Source: a virus. Taken from it: 33,841 bases of DNA. The stretch covers positions 1 to 33,841 of the IMG/VR virus record IMGVR_UViG_3300048918_000375; one strand, given 5' to 3'. The notes under the pieces were generated by a model that saw only the letters and a list, made by a program, of their open reading frames with translations, ran no database searches and was not told the DNA's origin. Numbering within the stretch: the first letter of the stretch is position 1; each line of letters begins with the position of its first letter. The position numbers and the translations under genes are program-made. This document shows, piece by piece, positions 13,126 through 20,765 of the stretch.

Positions 13126-14535
13126 ATGGCGCAACTGGTCGCGCGGGCCGCGGGGGCGCTCGCCAGCGTCTTCCGCCCGCGGGCCAAGCAGTTCGGGCCG
13201 CCGGGATTCCCGCTGACGGTCGGCAGCAGCGGCATCCCGAAGAACTGGCCGATCAACTGGTGGCAGCTCGGCTACGACCCGCTGCGCCCGAGCGGCTCGG
13301 CTGTCGTCTACGCCTGCCGCCAGGCTTATGCCCAGACCATCAGCATGTGCGCCGGCACGCACTGGGAAGCCGACGGCGATGGCGGCCGCGAGCGGGTGAC
13401 GACATCGGCACTGTCGCGGATTCTGAAGCGGCCGAATAGCTATCAGTCGCCGACCGATTTCTTCCTCTACCTCACCGACTGCCTCTATGGCGAGGGCTGC
13501 GCCTTCGGGCTGGCGATCCGCAATCAACGCTTCGAGATATCCGAAATTCACCTGATGACCCCGAGCCAGTGCTCGGTGAGCGTCGGCGCGGATGGGGCGA
13601 TCTACTACCAGCTTGCCGGCAATGCGATTGTCGAGCGCTTGTTTGCCGATGACCGGCAGGCGTTGCAGCAAGTGCCGGCGCGCGATGTGCTGCATGTTCG
13701 GCTGCCGAACCCGCGCAACCCATTGCAAGGCTGCGCGCCCTTGGAGGCGGCGCTGCTCGAGATTGCCGTGTCGAACGCGCTGGTGGCGCAGGCACTGGCC
13801 TATGCCGCCAACGAGGGGCGGCCCTCCGGGGTGCTACAAACGCCGGCCAGCTTTCACGACAAGCCGGAAGCGGTCGAGCGGCTGCGCGCCAAGTGGGACG
13901 AGCACACCCAAGGGATCAACGCGGGCGGCACGCCGATCCTGACCGATGGCCTCGTCTGGGCGCCCGCTGTTGTCACCAGCCGCGACGCGCAACTCGCGGA
14001 GAAGCTCCAGGTCAGCGACCAGCGCATAGCCACCGCCTACCGGGTGCCGCTGCCATTGCTGTCGTTGATGGCGGGCACCGGGCCGCAGGGCTCGACCGAG
14101 AGCCTGATGGGGTTCTGGGTGTCGACCGGGCTTGGCTTCTGCGCAAACCTGATCGAGGACGCGTTCGGGCGGGTTTTTGCGCTCGGCGGTTGGCCCGACG
14201 ACTATCTCGAGCTCGACCTCGAGGCGCTGCTGCGGGCGAACTTCCGCGACCGCATCGAGGGCCTGGCGAGAGGCGTGCAGGGCGGCATCTTTTCGCCCAA
14301 CGAGGCGCGCGCCAAAGAGGATCTGCCGGCCATGCCGTTCGGCGACGAGCCGCGGGTGCAACAGCAGGTCGTGCCGCTCAGTGCGTGGGACCAGGCGCCG
14401 CCGGCAACCCCGGCGCCTGACGCGCCGCCAGCGGCACCGCCTGCGGGGGCCGACAGTGGCGGGGATAATGCAAACACCGAACAGGCAATCAAGAGTGCCT
14501 ACCGTAGCCGGCGCCGACTCGATGTTGCCGCTTGA
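13126..14535 (+). CDS. Portal protein (HK97 family)
   Basis: Conserved blocks ILKRPNSYQSPTDFF, GEGCAFGL, PSGVLQTP, RLRAKWDEHTQGINAGGTPILTDGL, DQRIATAYRVPLPLL and IFSPNEARAKEDLP. Confidence 0.85.
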   Translation: MAQLVARAAGALASVFRPRAKQFGPPGFPLTVGSSGIPKNWPINWWQLGYDPLRPSGSAVVYACRQAYAQTISMCAGTHWEADGDGGRERVTTSALSRILKRPNSYQSPTDFFLYLTDCLYGEGCAFGLAIRNQRFEISEIHLMTPSQCSVSVGADGAIYYQLAGNAIVERLFADDRQALQQVPARDVLHVRLPNPRNPLQGCAPLEAALLEIAVSNALVAQALAYAANEGRPSGVLQTPASFHDKPEAVERLRAKWDEHTQGINAGGTPILTDGLVWAPAVVTSRDAQLAEKLQVSDQRIATAYRVPLPLLSLMAGTGPQGSTESLMGFWVSTGLGFCANLIEDAFGRVFALGGWPDDYLELDLEALLRANFRDRIEGLARGVQGGIFSPNEARAKEDLPAMPFGDEPRVQQQVVPLSAWDQAPPATPAPDAPPAAPPAGADSGGDNANTEQAIKSAYRSRRRLDVAA

Positions 14536-15160
14536 AGTATTGGCCGCGGAAGTTGCGGCCGATGTCGAGCGCATCGAGCGCGAGCTTAGGCTGTCCACGG
14601 CGGCTTTGCAGGCGGAGCTTCGCGCCGCGCGGGCAGAGTTCGAGCTTCGCATCGAGCGCGCCGTCGCCGAGCGATTGGCGTCGTTGAAGGACGGCTCCCC
14701 CGGCGCGCCAGGAGAGCCTGGGGAGAGGGGAGAGCCGGGCGAGGCCATCACAGGCCCGCCTGGCGAACCGGGCATCCAGGGGCCGCCGGGGGCCGACTCC
14801 GAGGTGCCCGGCCCGCCGGGGCCGGAACCTTATGTCGGCGAGGTTTGCGGGTTGTTCGATCCCGAGCGGCAATATCGCAAATACGATGTCGTGACTTTTC
14901 GGGACTCGGAGTGGCGAGCGCGGTGCGACGACCCCGGCGAATTGCCGGGCGACGGTTGGGCCGTCTCGGCGCGCGCCGGCAGCCGCGGCAAGCCCGGCGA
15001 AAAGGGCGACCGCGGGGTTCCGGGCCTGCCGGCACCGACCATTGCCCGCTGGGAAACGCGGGACTTCCGCGCGGTGCCGGTGATGTCGGACGGCAGCGTC
15101 GGGCCGCCGCTCGACCTGCGCGAATTTTTCGAGCTCTACCACGCCGAGCGCGCCGCCTGA
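14522..15160 (+). CDS. Collagen-like (G-X-Y repeat) protein with N-terminal coiled coil
   Basis: GSPGAPGEPGERGEPGEA..GPPGEPGIQGPPGA..GPPGPEP and GSRGKPGEKGDRGVPGLP. Alternative start at ATG 14468. Confidence 0.7.
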   Translation: MLPLEVLAAEVAADVERIERELRLSTAALQAELRAARAEFELRIERAVAERLASLKDGSPGAPGEPGERGEPGEAITGPPGEPGIQGPPGADSEVPGPPGPEPYVGEVCGLFDPERQYRKYDVVTFRDSEWRARCDDPGELPGDGWAVSARAGSRGKPGEKGDRGVPGLPAPTIARWETRDFRAVPVMSDGSVGPPLDLREFFELYHAERAA

Positions 15161-15819
15161 TGCCGACCAATGTCCGCTATAGCATCACGCGGGTGATCAC
15201 GCCGGCCGACAGCCTGGCGCTGGTGAGCCTCGACGACGCCAAAGTGGTGCTCGGCATCGACGCGGCGGACACCTCGAAGGACGCGGCGCTAACCCAGCAG
15301 ATCGACGCGGTGTCGGCGGCGGTCAACAACTACTGCAACCGGGTCTTCGCGGTGCAGAGCTATCAGGATCAATTCCGCTACGTCTACAACTGGCTCTATT
15401 CGGGCGAGCCGCTGCGCACCCGGCAATTCCCGATCGTCGTCGACGATGCCGGCGTGCCGCTGGTGGCGGTGTTCGAGGATGGCGCCGCGGTCGACGTGGC
15501 GGCGTGGGATGTCTATCCCGAGGAAGGCGCGCTCTATCGGCTCGACGGCACCACCGTCGCCGCGTGGCTCGGCACCACCCTTTTGGTGGACTACACCGCC
15601 GGCTATGACCCGATCCCGGCGGACGTGCAGGGCGCGGCGCTGGAATGGCTGACGGCGCGGTGGTTCGCGCTGGGGCGCGACCCGGCGCTGCGGTCGGAGA
15701 CAGTGCCCGACCTGATCAGCCAGGTTTACGCCGGCGACGCCGGCGCCGGGACCAGCGGCGGCGCCATCCCACCCGGCGCCCGCGACCTGTTGGCGCCTTA
15801 CAAGATCTGGTCGGTATGA
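15160..15819 (+). CDS. Head-tail connector (gp6-like) protein
   Basis: LVSLDDAKVVLGIDAADTSKDAALTQQIDAVSAAVNNYCNR fits the gp6-like connector pattern. TGATG coupling with the upstream gene. Confidence 0.6.
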   Translation: MPTNVRYSITRVITPADSLALVSLDDAKVVLGIDAADTSKDAALTQQIDAVSAAVNNYCNRVFAVQSYQDQFRYVYNWLYSGEPLRTRQFPIVVDDAGVPLVAVFEDGAAVDVAAWDVYPEEGALYRLDGTTVAAWLGTTLLVDYTAGYDPIPADVQGAALEWLTARWFALGRDPALRSETVPDLISQVYAGDAGAGTSGGAIPPGARDLLAPYKIWSV

Positions 15820-16160
15820 CGCCGCAAGTGCTGATCGCCCGGCTGGATGCGGCAATCGCCGGCTACGGGCAAACGGTGACTTTGCAGCGCACCGCGGTCG
15901 ATCCAACGACTGGGGCGACGACGGTGGCCGAGGAAATCGAGTGTCCGGCGGCGGTGCGGAACTTCGGGCCGCAGGATCTGGAGGCCGGGCAGATCCAAGA
16001 GATCCGGGTCGTCGTCAGCCCGACCGGACTCGGCGCCTGGGGCGTGCCGTCGCGCGATGACCGCATCCTCATCGACGGCGACCCGGCCAACATCACCCAA
16101 ATCGCGCCGCTGTCCTACGGCGGCGAGCTCGTGCGGGTAAATCTGCTCTGCCGTGGCTGA
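15816..16160 (+). CDS. Head closure / head-tail adaptor protein (call by position and size)
   Basis: 114 aa, ATGA coupling, located between the connector and tail genes. Confidence 0.45.
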   Translation: MTPQVLIARLDAAIAGYGQTVTLQRTAVDPTTGATTVAEEIECPAAVRNFGPQDLEAGQIQEIRVVVSPTGLGAWGVPSRDDRILIDGDPANITQIAPLSYGGELVRVNLLCRG

Positions 16161-16602
16161 CCAGCGCGAGGCCATTCTGACGCGGTTGGTGGAAGTCTGC
16201 GGCGCGGTGACGGGCGTGCAGGCCGCCGCCCGCAACAAGCTCGATGTGCCAGCGCTGGCGCGGCCGGCGGTGATCGTGCAGGACGGCTCCGAGGATGTGC
16301 TCGACGCGCCCCAAGGGACGCGCGGCAGCCGCGTACAGCGGATGGAATTAAAGCCGCTGGTCGTGGTCATCGTGCGCGGCGACAACGGTGCCGAGGCCGG
16401 CAGTCTCTTGACGCTTTACCGCTCGCGGATCGTGGCAGCGGTGCTGACCGACTCCGTGTTGCTCGATTGCGTCGTTGACCGCGATATCCGCTACGAGGGC
16501 GCTACGGTAGCCGCGCCCGACGCCGAGGCGCGCGAGTACCGCTGCGAGCTCAATCTCGTCTTCACCAGTCTTTTCCGGCTATCCGACCTCGCTGGAGTGT
16601 AA
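16153..16602 (+). CDS. Neck / tail-terminator-type protein (call by position)
   Basis: 149 aa, GTG start overlapping the upstream stop, directly precedes the major tail protein. Confidence 0.4.
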   Translation: MADQREAILTRLVEVCGAVTGVQAAARNKLDVPALARPAVIVQDGSEDVLDAPQGTRGSRVQRMELKPLVVVIVRGDNGAEAGSLLTLYRSRIVAAVLTDSVLLDCVVDRDIRYEGATVAAPDAEAREYRCELNLVFTSLFRLSDLAGV

Positions 16603-16605
16603 GCC

Positions 16606-17172
16606 ATGCCGATCACCAATGCGGCCGACATCGACAACACCTTTGTCGGCAAGGGCATCGTCAAATTCAAAAAGGACGGGGAAACCGACTACCGGGATTT
16701 GGGCGAAGTGCCTGAGTTCGAGTTTACGATGACCATCGACCGGCTCGACTACTTTTCCAGCCGCAGCGGCATCCGCACCAAGGCGCGCAGCGTCATCCGC
16801 GAGCGCTCGGCCGCATTGCGCATGATCATGTCGGAACTGACCGCCGACAACCTGGCGCTCTATCTGATGGGCGATGCCGTCGCCGGAACCGGTACGCCGC
16901 CCGATGTGACCTATACCGTCGACATTTTTTCGCTGGCCGAGATCACCGGAATGTTGCGCTTTGTCGGCACCAACGACATCGGCGCCAAGGTGCAGCTGGA
17001 CTTCGGCAATGTCAGCTTTACCCCGAGCGCTTCCTTCAGCCCGATCTCGGAGGAGTGGGGGCAGCTTGAGGTGACGGCCGAGGTGCTGGTCGATGACGCG
17101 ATGAAATACGGCACCGCCATCTGGAATATCACCGCCGAGGTCGATCCGGGAGTCATGATGGCGGCGGCCTAA
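16606..17172 (+). CDS. Major tail (tube) protein
   Basis: 188 aa, immediately upstream of the G/GT chaperone pair and tape measure. Confidence 0.65.
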   Translation: MPITNAADIDNTFVGKGIVKFKKDGETDYRDLGEVPEFEFTMTIDRLDYFSSRSGIRTKARSVIRERSAALRMIMSELTADNLALYLMGDAVAGTGTPPDVTYTVDIFSLAEITGMLRFVGTNDIGAKVQLDFGNVSFTPSASFSPISEEWGQLEVTAEVLVDDAMKYGTAIWNITAEVDPGVMMAAA

Positions 17173-17607
17173 ATGCCGTCTCTGCTCGACATCGCACCGC
17201 CGGAAATCTCGGCCGTCGAGCTTGAGATCCGCGGCGTCGCGATAAAGGTGGCCGGCATTCCCGCGATCGATTGGGCGATGCTCTACGGGCGTTTCCCCGA
17301 GCTACGCAAGATCATGTTGGGCGAGGAGAGCAGCGACGGGCGGGACCGGCTGCGGTTCCTGGCGGCGCAGAGTGCCGTCATTGCCGCCGGCACCGGCCAT
17401 CCGGGCGACGCCGACATCGAGCGCGCGTCTCTGACGGTGCTGACCTTTGACGAGCGGCAGTCGCTGTTCGATCAGGTGGTCAGCCTGTCGCTGCCGGGGG
17501 ATGTGCTCAGCCCTTTGTTAGACGCCTCACCGGCGCCGGCCGCCAACGGCGCCGGCCGCGCTACCAAGGGCTCGGGTACGAGATCGCAGAAGGCATTGAG
17601 CAGTTGA
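17173..17607 (+). CDS. Tail assembly chaperone (gpG-like)
   Basis: Position between the major tail protein and tape measure. An overlapping -1 frame is open from 17451. Confidence 0.65.
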   Translation: MPSLLDIAPPEISAVELEIRGVAIKVAGIPAIDWAMLYGRFPELRKIMLGEESSDGRDRLRFLAAQSAVIAAGTGHPGDADIERASLTVLTFDERQSLFDQVVSLSLPGDVLSPLLDASPAPAANGAGRATKGSGTRSQKALSS

Positions 17608-17783
17608 TCGCCTGGGGACACCCGCCGGCCGAGGTGTGGCGCTACACGCCGCGGCAGATCCGCAATTTCCTTGTTATCGCGAACAAGCGGCGGCAGGCCG
17701 AGCGGCGGCTCCTGCTGCATGACAACGCGCTGGCCGCCCGCGGCGACCCGAAAGCCTTGGCGAAAGCGGTGCGCGAAGAATGA
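17173..17783 (+). CDS. gpGT-like frameshift fusion product (about 203 aa, -1 shift at 17511-17517)
   Basis: The -1 frame encodes ..GYEIAEGIEQLIAWGHPPAEVWRYTPRQIRNFLVIANKRRQAERRLL... It has no start codon of its own, and its stop overlaps the next ATG (ATGA at 17780). Confidence 0.45.
17511..17517 (+). promoter_or_regulatory. Candidate -1 programmed frameshift heptamer C-CCT-TTG
   Basis: It is in X-XXY-YYZ phase with the gpG-like frame (codons 114-115, Pro-Leu). The -1 frame is open from 17451 to TGA 17781-17783. Confidence 0.45.
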
Positions 17784-18418
17784 ACGTCCGGTACCAGAGC
17801 GGCCTCGATCAGTTGAAGCGGGGCGCGCAGACGGCACAGGACCGGATGGCGCGCGCGCTGACCAAGGCGATGCGAGATACCGCAAAGCTGGTCGAGACGA
17901 ACGCCCGCGCCGAGATCGCCCGCGGCGGGCTTTCGCGCCGCTGGCAGAAGGCATTCTTTGCACGCGCCAAGCCGCGGGTCGGCTACAGCCTCGAGCCGAC
18001 GATGCGCGGATATATCCGCATCGGCTACGCCAACATCTTTGAGCGCGGCGGCCAGATCCGGCCAAAGAAGAACCTCTTGTGGGTGCCGCTGCCGACCGCG
18101 CCGCGGCTCGCCAGGAAGCGCATCACGCCGAGCGCCTATGTGCAGCAGATCGGGCCCTTGCACAGCATCAACCGGCCGGGCAAGCCGCCGCTCCTGGCGG
18201 GCGACGCCGCGCGCAAACCCACCGGCCGGGCCAGCGTGGCGTCGCTCAAGACCGGCGCCCGCCGCAGGAGCGCGGGCCGGCACACCGAAAGCGTGCCGAT
18301 CTTTGTCGGTATCCGGGCGGCCCTTATTCCCGACCGGCTCGATGTCGACCGCGTCTACCGTGAGGCCGCCGAGGCGCTGCCGCGGTTCTTCCGTCAGCGC
18401 ATGAGCGAGGCAGCTTAG
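17780..18418 (+). CDS. Virion-associated hypothetical protein (weakly HK97 gp10-like) inserted between chaperone and tape measure
   Basis: 212 aa. IRIGYANIFERGGQIRPKKNLLWVPLP is reminiscent of gp10-type neck/tail proteins. Confidence 0.3.
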   Translation: MNVRYQSGLDQLKRGAQTAQDRMARALTKAMRDTAKLVETNARAEIARGGLSRRWQKAFFARAKPRVGYSLEPTMRGYIRIGYANIFERGGQIRPKKNLLWVPLPTAPRLARKRITPSAYVQQIGPLHSINRPGKPPLLAGDAARKPTGRASVASLKTGARRRSAGRHTESVPIFVGIRAALIPDRLDVDRVYREAAEALPRFFRQRMSEAA

Positions 18419-20173
18419 ATGGCGCGCGGCGGCGGCGGCATCCGGCAGCAGATCGCGGTTGACGGCAAGGAGGAGGTCGTCGCCGCCTTCAAGGAAGTGG
18501 GCTCGGCCGGCGAGCAAGCCTTCACCCAGGTCGACCGAGGCTCGAAGTCCGCCACCCAAAGCCTGCGGAGCTTCACCAGAGAAGCCACCGGCATGCGCCG
18601 GGCGACCGGGCAGTTGCTCAAGAATTTCGGCGACATGGGCCGCGGGCTCGAATCGATCGGCGGGCTGTTGGGCTCGGCCTTGGGCGGTGTGGCCGGCGGC
18701 GTCATCGGCGTCGGCCTCGCGAAAGTCGTCAGCGGTATCGCCAACAGCCTTGGCGACGTGACCGAGCGGTTGACGAAGATTCAGCAGCAGGCGCGGGAGT
18801 TGGGACAACGCCCGCTGGTGGTGCAGGCGGCCGGCGAAATTTCCGCCGCGGCGGGGCAGGGCACCGATGTCGGCGAGCGGATGATCGCCGGGATGACCGC
18901 GCAACTTCAGAAGGTGCGGACGGAAACAAAGGCACTAAGCACCTTCGACGGCGTCAAGGTCTTGCGTGGGATGGGCGAGGACGCCAAGGAGACGGCGGGC
19001 CATTTTGTGACGCTCAGCGGCGCCGTCAACAACACCGTGAAGGTGTTCCGGGGCGGCGTGCCGATCGTGCAGGATCTGTCCAAGCCGCTGGACGTCATCC
19101 AAGTCGATCTGTCGCGGATGAAGGACAATTCGCTTGAGAGCAAAAAGGCGCTTCAGCTTCAGCTTCAAGGTTTCTTGAACTTTGCAAAAACCCTGGACCC
19201 GACATCGCAAAAGCTGAATGAACTATCCAAGGTCTTGTTTGCAGGGGTGCCGGCGGGAGCGGCGCTGATCGTCGCGCCGAAGCTGCTCGCCGACCTTAAT
19301 AAGCAGATAGCGGAACTGGAAACCTCGGCGCGCGGCGCCACCGACCCGGCGCTGGATGCCGCCACGCGGCGCACCGCGGCAATAGCCGCGCGCAACCAGA
19401 TGTTCCTCGAACTCACCGCCGGGATCACCAACTGGTACATCGGGCTCGATGCGGCGGTGACCGAGGCCGAGAACAGGTTCATCACCGACACGCTCCCGAA
19501 GTGGAGCGCGGACTTTTCCGCCTTCTTCAGCAACTCTTTTATGCCGACGATGCAGAGCGCGTGGGCATCGTTTATCGGCGACATGAGCCAGCTTTTCGTG
19601 GCGGCGAACTGGTCGCAGCTTTGGACCGACTTTTCGAACGCCGCCATCACGAGCCTCAACGGCATCGGTAAATGGTGGGGCGACCTGATCAAAGGGATGA
19701 TGGACGGCCTTAGCAACCTTGCCTCCTGGGCGGGGCAACAGTTGTCCGGCATCGCGGCCGCCGCCGGAAGCATCCTGTCTGCGGTGCCGGTGCCTGGATT
19801 CGCTGCGGGCGGCATGGTGCATGGCCCCGGCAGCGGCACCAGCGACAGCATCGTGGCGCGGCTATCGGCCGGCGAATTTGTCATGCGCGCCGCAGCGGTG
19901 CAGCATTGGGGCGCCGGGCTGCTCGCATCGATGAACGCGGCGGTCGGCGGCTTGTCGGCGCCGCTGGTGGCACGCAACCCTGGGCGCTTTGCCGATGGCG
20001 GGCTGGTCACCGCCGGCGGTGGAACGCCCGTGCATCTACATCTCGGCGGCCATAGCTTCGCGCTGTCAGGCAGCGGTGATGTCGTCTCGGCGCTCGTCAT
20101 CGAGGCGCACCGGCACAAGATCCGCGCCACCGGCATCAAGCCTAGCTGGTACGGTGGCACGCCCGGCCGATGA
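18419..20173 (+). CDS. Tail tape measure protein (584 aa)
   Basis: Position, helical and Gly-rich membrane-like segment (LLGSALGGVAGGVIGVGLAKVV), and length. At about 1.5 Angstrom per residue this implies a tail of roughly 90 nm. Confidence 0.8.
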   Translation: MARGGGGIRQQIAVDGKEEVVAAFKEVGSAGEQAFTQVDRGSKSATQSLRSFTREATGMRRATGQLLKNFGDMGRGLESIGGLLGSALGGVAGGVIGVGLAKVVSGIANSLGDVTERLTKIQQQARELGQRPLVVQAAGEISAAAGQGTDVGERMIAGMTAQLQKVRTETKALSTFDGVKVLRGMGEDAKETAGHFVTLSGAVNNTVKVFRGGVPIVQDLSKPLDVIQVDLSRMKDNSLESKKALQLQLQGFLNFAKTLDPTSQKLNELSKVLFAGVPAGAALIVAPKLLADLNKQIAELETSARGATDPALDAATRRTAAIAARNQMFLELTAGITNWYIGLDAAVTEAENRFITDTLPKWSADFSAFFSNSFMPTMQSAWASFIGDMSQLFVAANWSQLWTDFSNAAITSLNGIGKWWGDLIKGMMDGLSNLASWAGQQLSGIAAAAGSILSAVPVPGFAAGGMVHGPGSGTSDSIVARLSAGEFVMRAAAVQHWGAGLLASMNAAVGGLSAPLVARNPGRFADGGLVTAGGGTPVHLHLGGHSFALSGSGDVVSALVIEAHRHKIRATGIKPSWYGGTPGR

Positions 20174-20631
20174 TCGGAGCCTCGAATACCGACTTCGATA
20201 TTCATTTCCCGTCTGACACAGCGCCCGGCGTTGCGCCCTATTCAGCCCGCGGCCTCAACGGCACGTTGTCGCCGATCGATGCCGCCCGCGGCGCGGACAA
20301 GCTGCGCCGCACCGTCAACGGCACGCTCGTCGACATCTCGGCGCCGCAGATGCGCAAGTATCAGCTCGAGGTTGCCGGCTCGGACCAGGCGCCGCCCGCG
20401 CTCGATGGCGTGTGGGTGGGTATGGAGGTGCTGGTCGATTGCCATGTCGAGCTTGCGTACCTGACGGCGGGCGGCACGCCGGGGCGCTCTCCGGTGACCG
20501 GCAGCGAGCGGGTCGAGGGCGATTACACTTATTACCGCCCGCAGCTTTCCATGCGCGTCGTCGAGCTCCAGATCGAGCGCAGCGAGTGGGAGGCCGATGT
20601 TGGCTGGTCGCTGACGCTGGAGGAAATCTGA
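20170..20631 (+). CDS. Distal tail protein candidate (153 aa)
   Basis: First gene after the tape measure, with ATGA coupling. Confidence 0.4.
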   Translation: MIGASNTDFDIHFPSDTAPGVAPYSARGLNGTLSPIDAARGADKLRRTVNGTLVDISAPQMRKYQLEVAGSDQAPPALDGVWVGMEVLVDCHVELAYLTAGGTPGRSPVTGSERVEGDYTYYRPQLSMRVVELQIERSEWEADVGWSLTLEEI

Positions 20632-20765
20632 TGGCCTGCGGTGGGTGTGCGGCGCGCCGTGCCGGGATGCGGCGGCTGAAGCAGCGGGTGCTCGCTCGGC
20701 TGAAGGGCAGAGTAGTCCCGCCGCCGCGGCAACCCGCTAAGGCGCCGCCGGCAAAGCAGGGCTGA
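20631..20765 (+). CDS. 44-aa basic CxxC peptide (MACGGCAARRAGMRRLKQRVLARLKGRVVPPPRQPAKAPPAKQG)
   Basis: Start overlaps the upstream stop (TGATG) and its stop overlaps the next start (TGATG), so it is coupled on both sides. Confidence 0.35.
   Translation: MACGGCAARRAGMRRLKQRVLARLKGRVVPPPRQPAKAPPAKQG

Noticed and set aside
14177-14521. Upstream extension of the collagen-like ORF into the portal gene
   Set aside because: It is the shadow frame of the portal 3-prime end (Arg/Ser-rich). ATG 14522 (or 14468) near the portal stop is the plausible start.
17642-20205. Long minus-strand ORFs (17642-18904, 420 aa; 19165-20205, 346 aa) antisense to the tail genes
   Set aside because: They are typical high-GC shadow ORFs: R/A/P/G-rich, without motifs or SDs, and fully overlapped by well-supported plus-strand genes in an uninterrupted coupled operon. 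The same applies to 13834-14775, 12176-12889, 9254-10500, 5546-6337, 3329-4036 and many plus-strand shadows in the minus-strand blocks.
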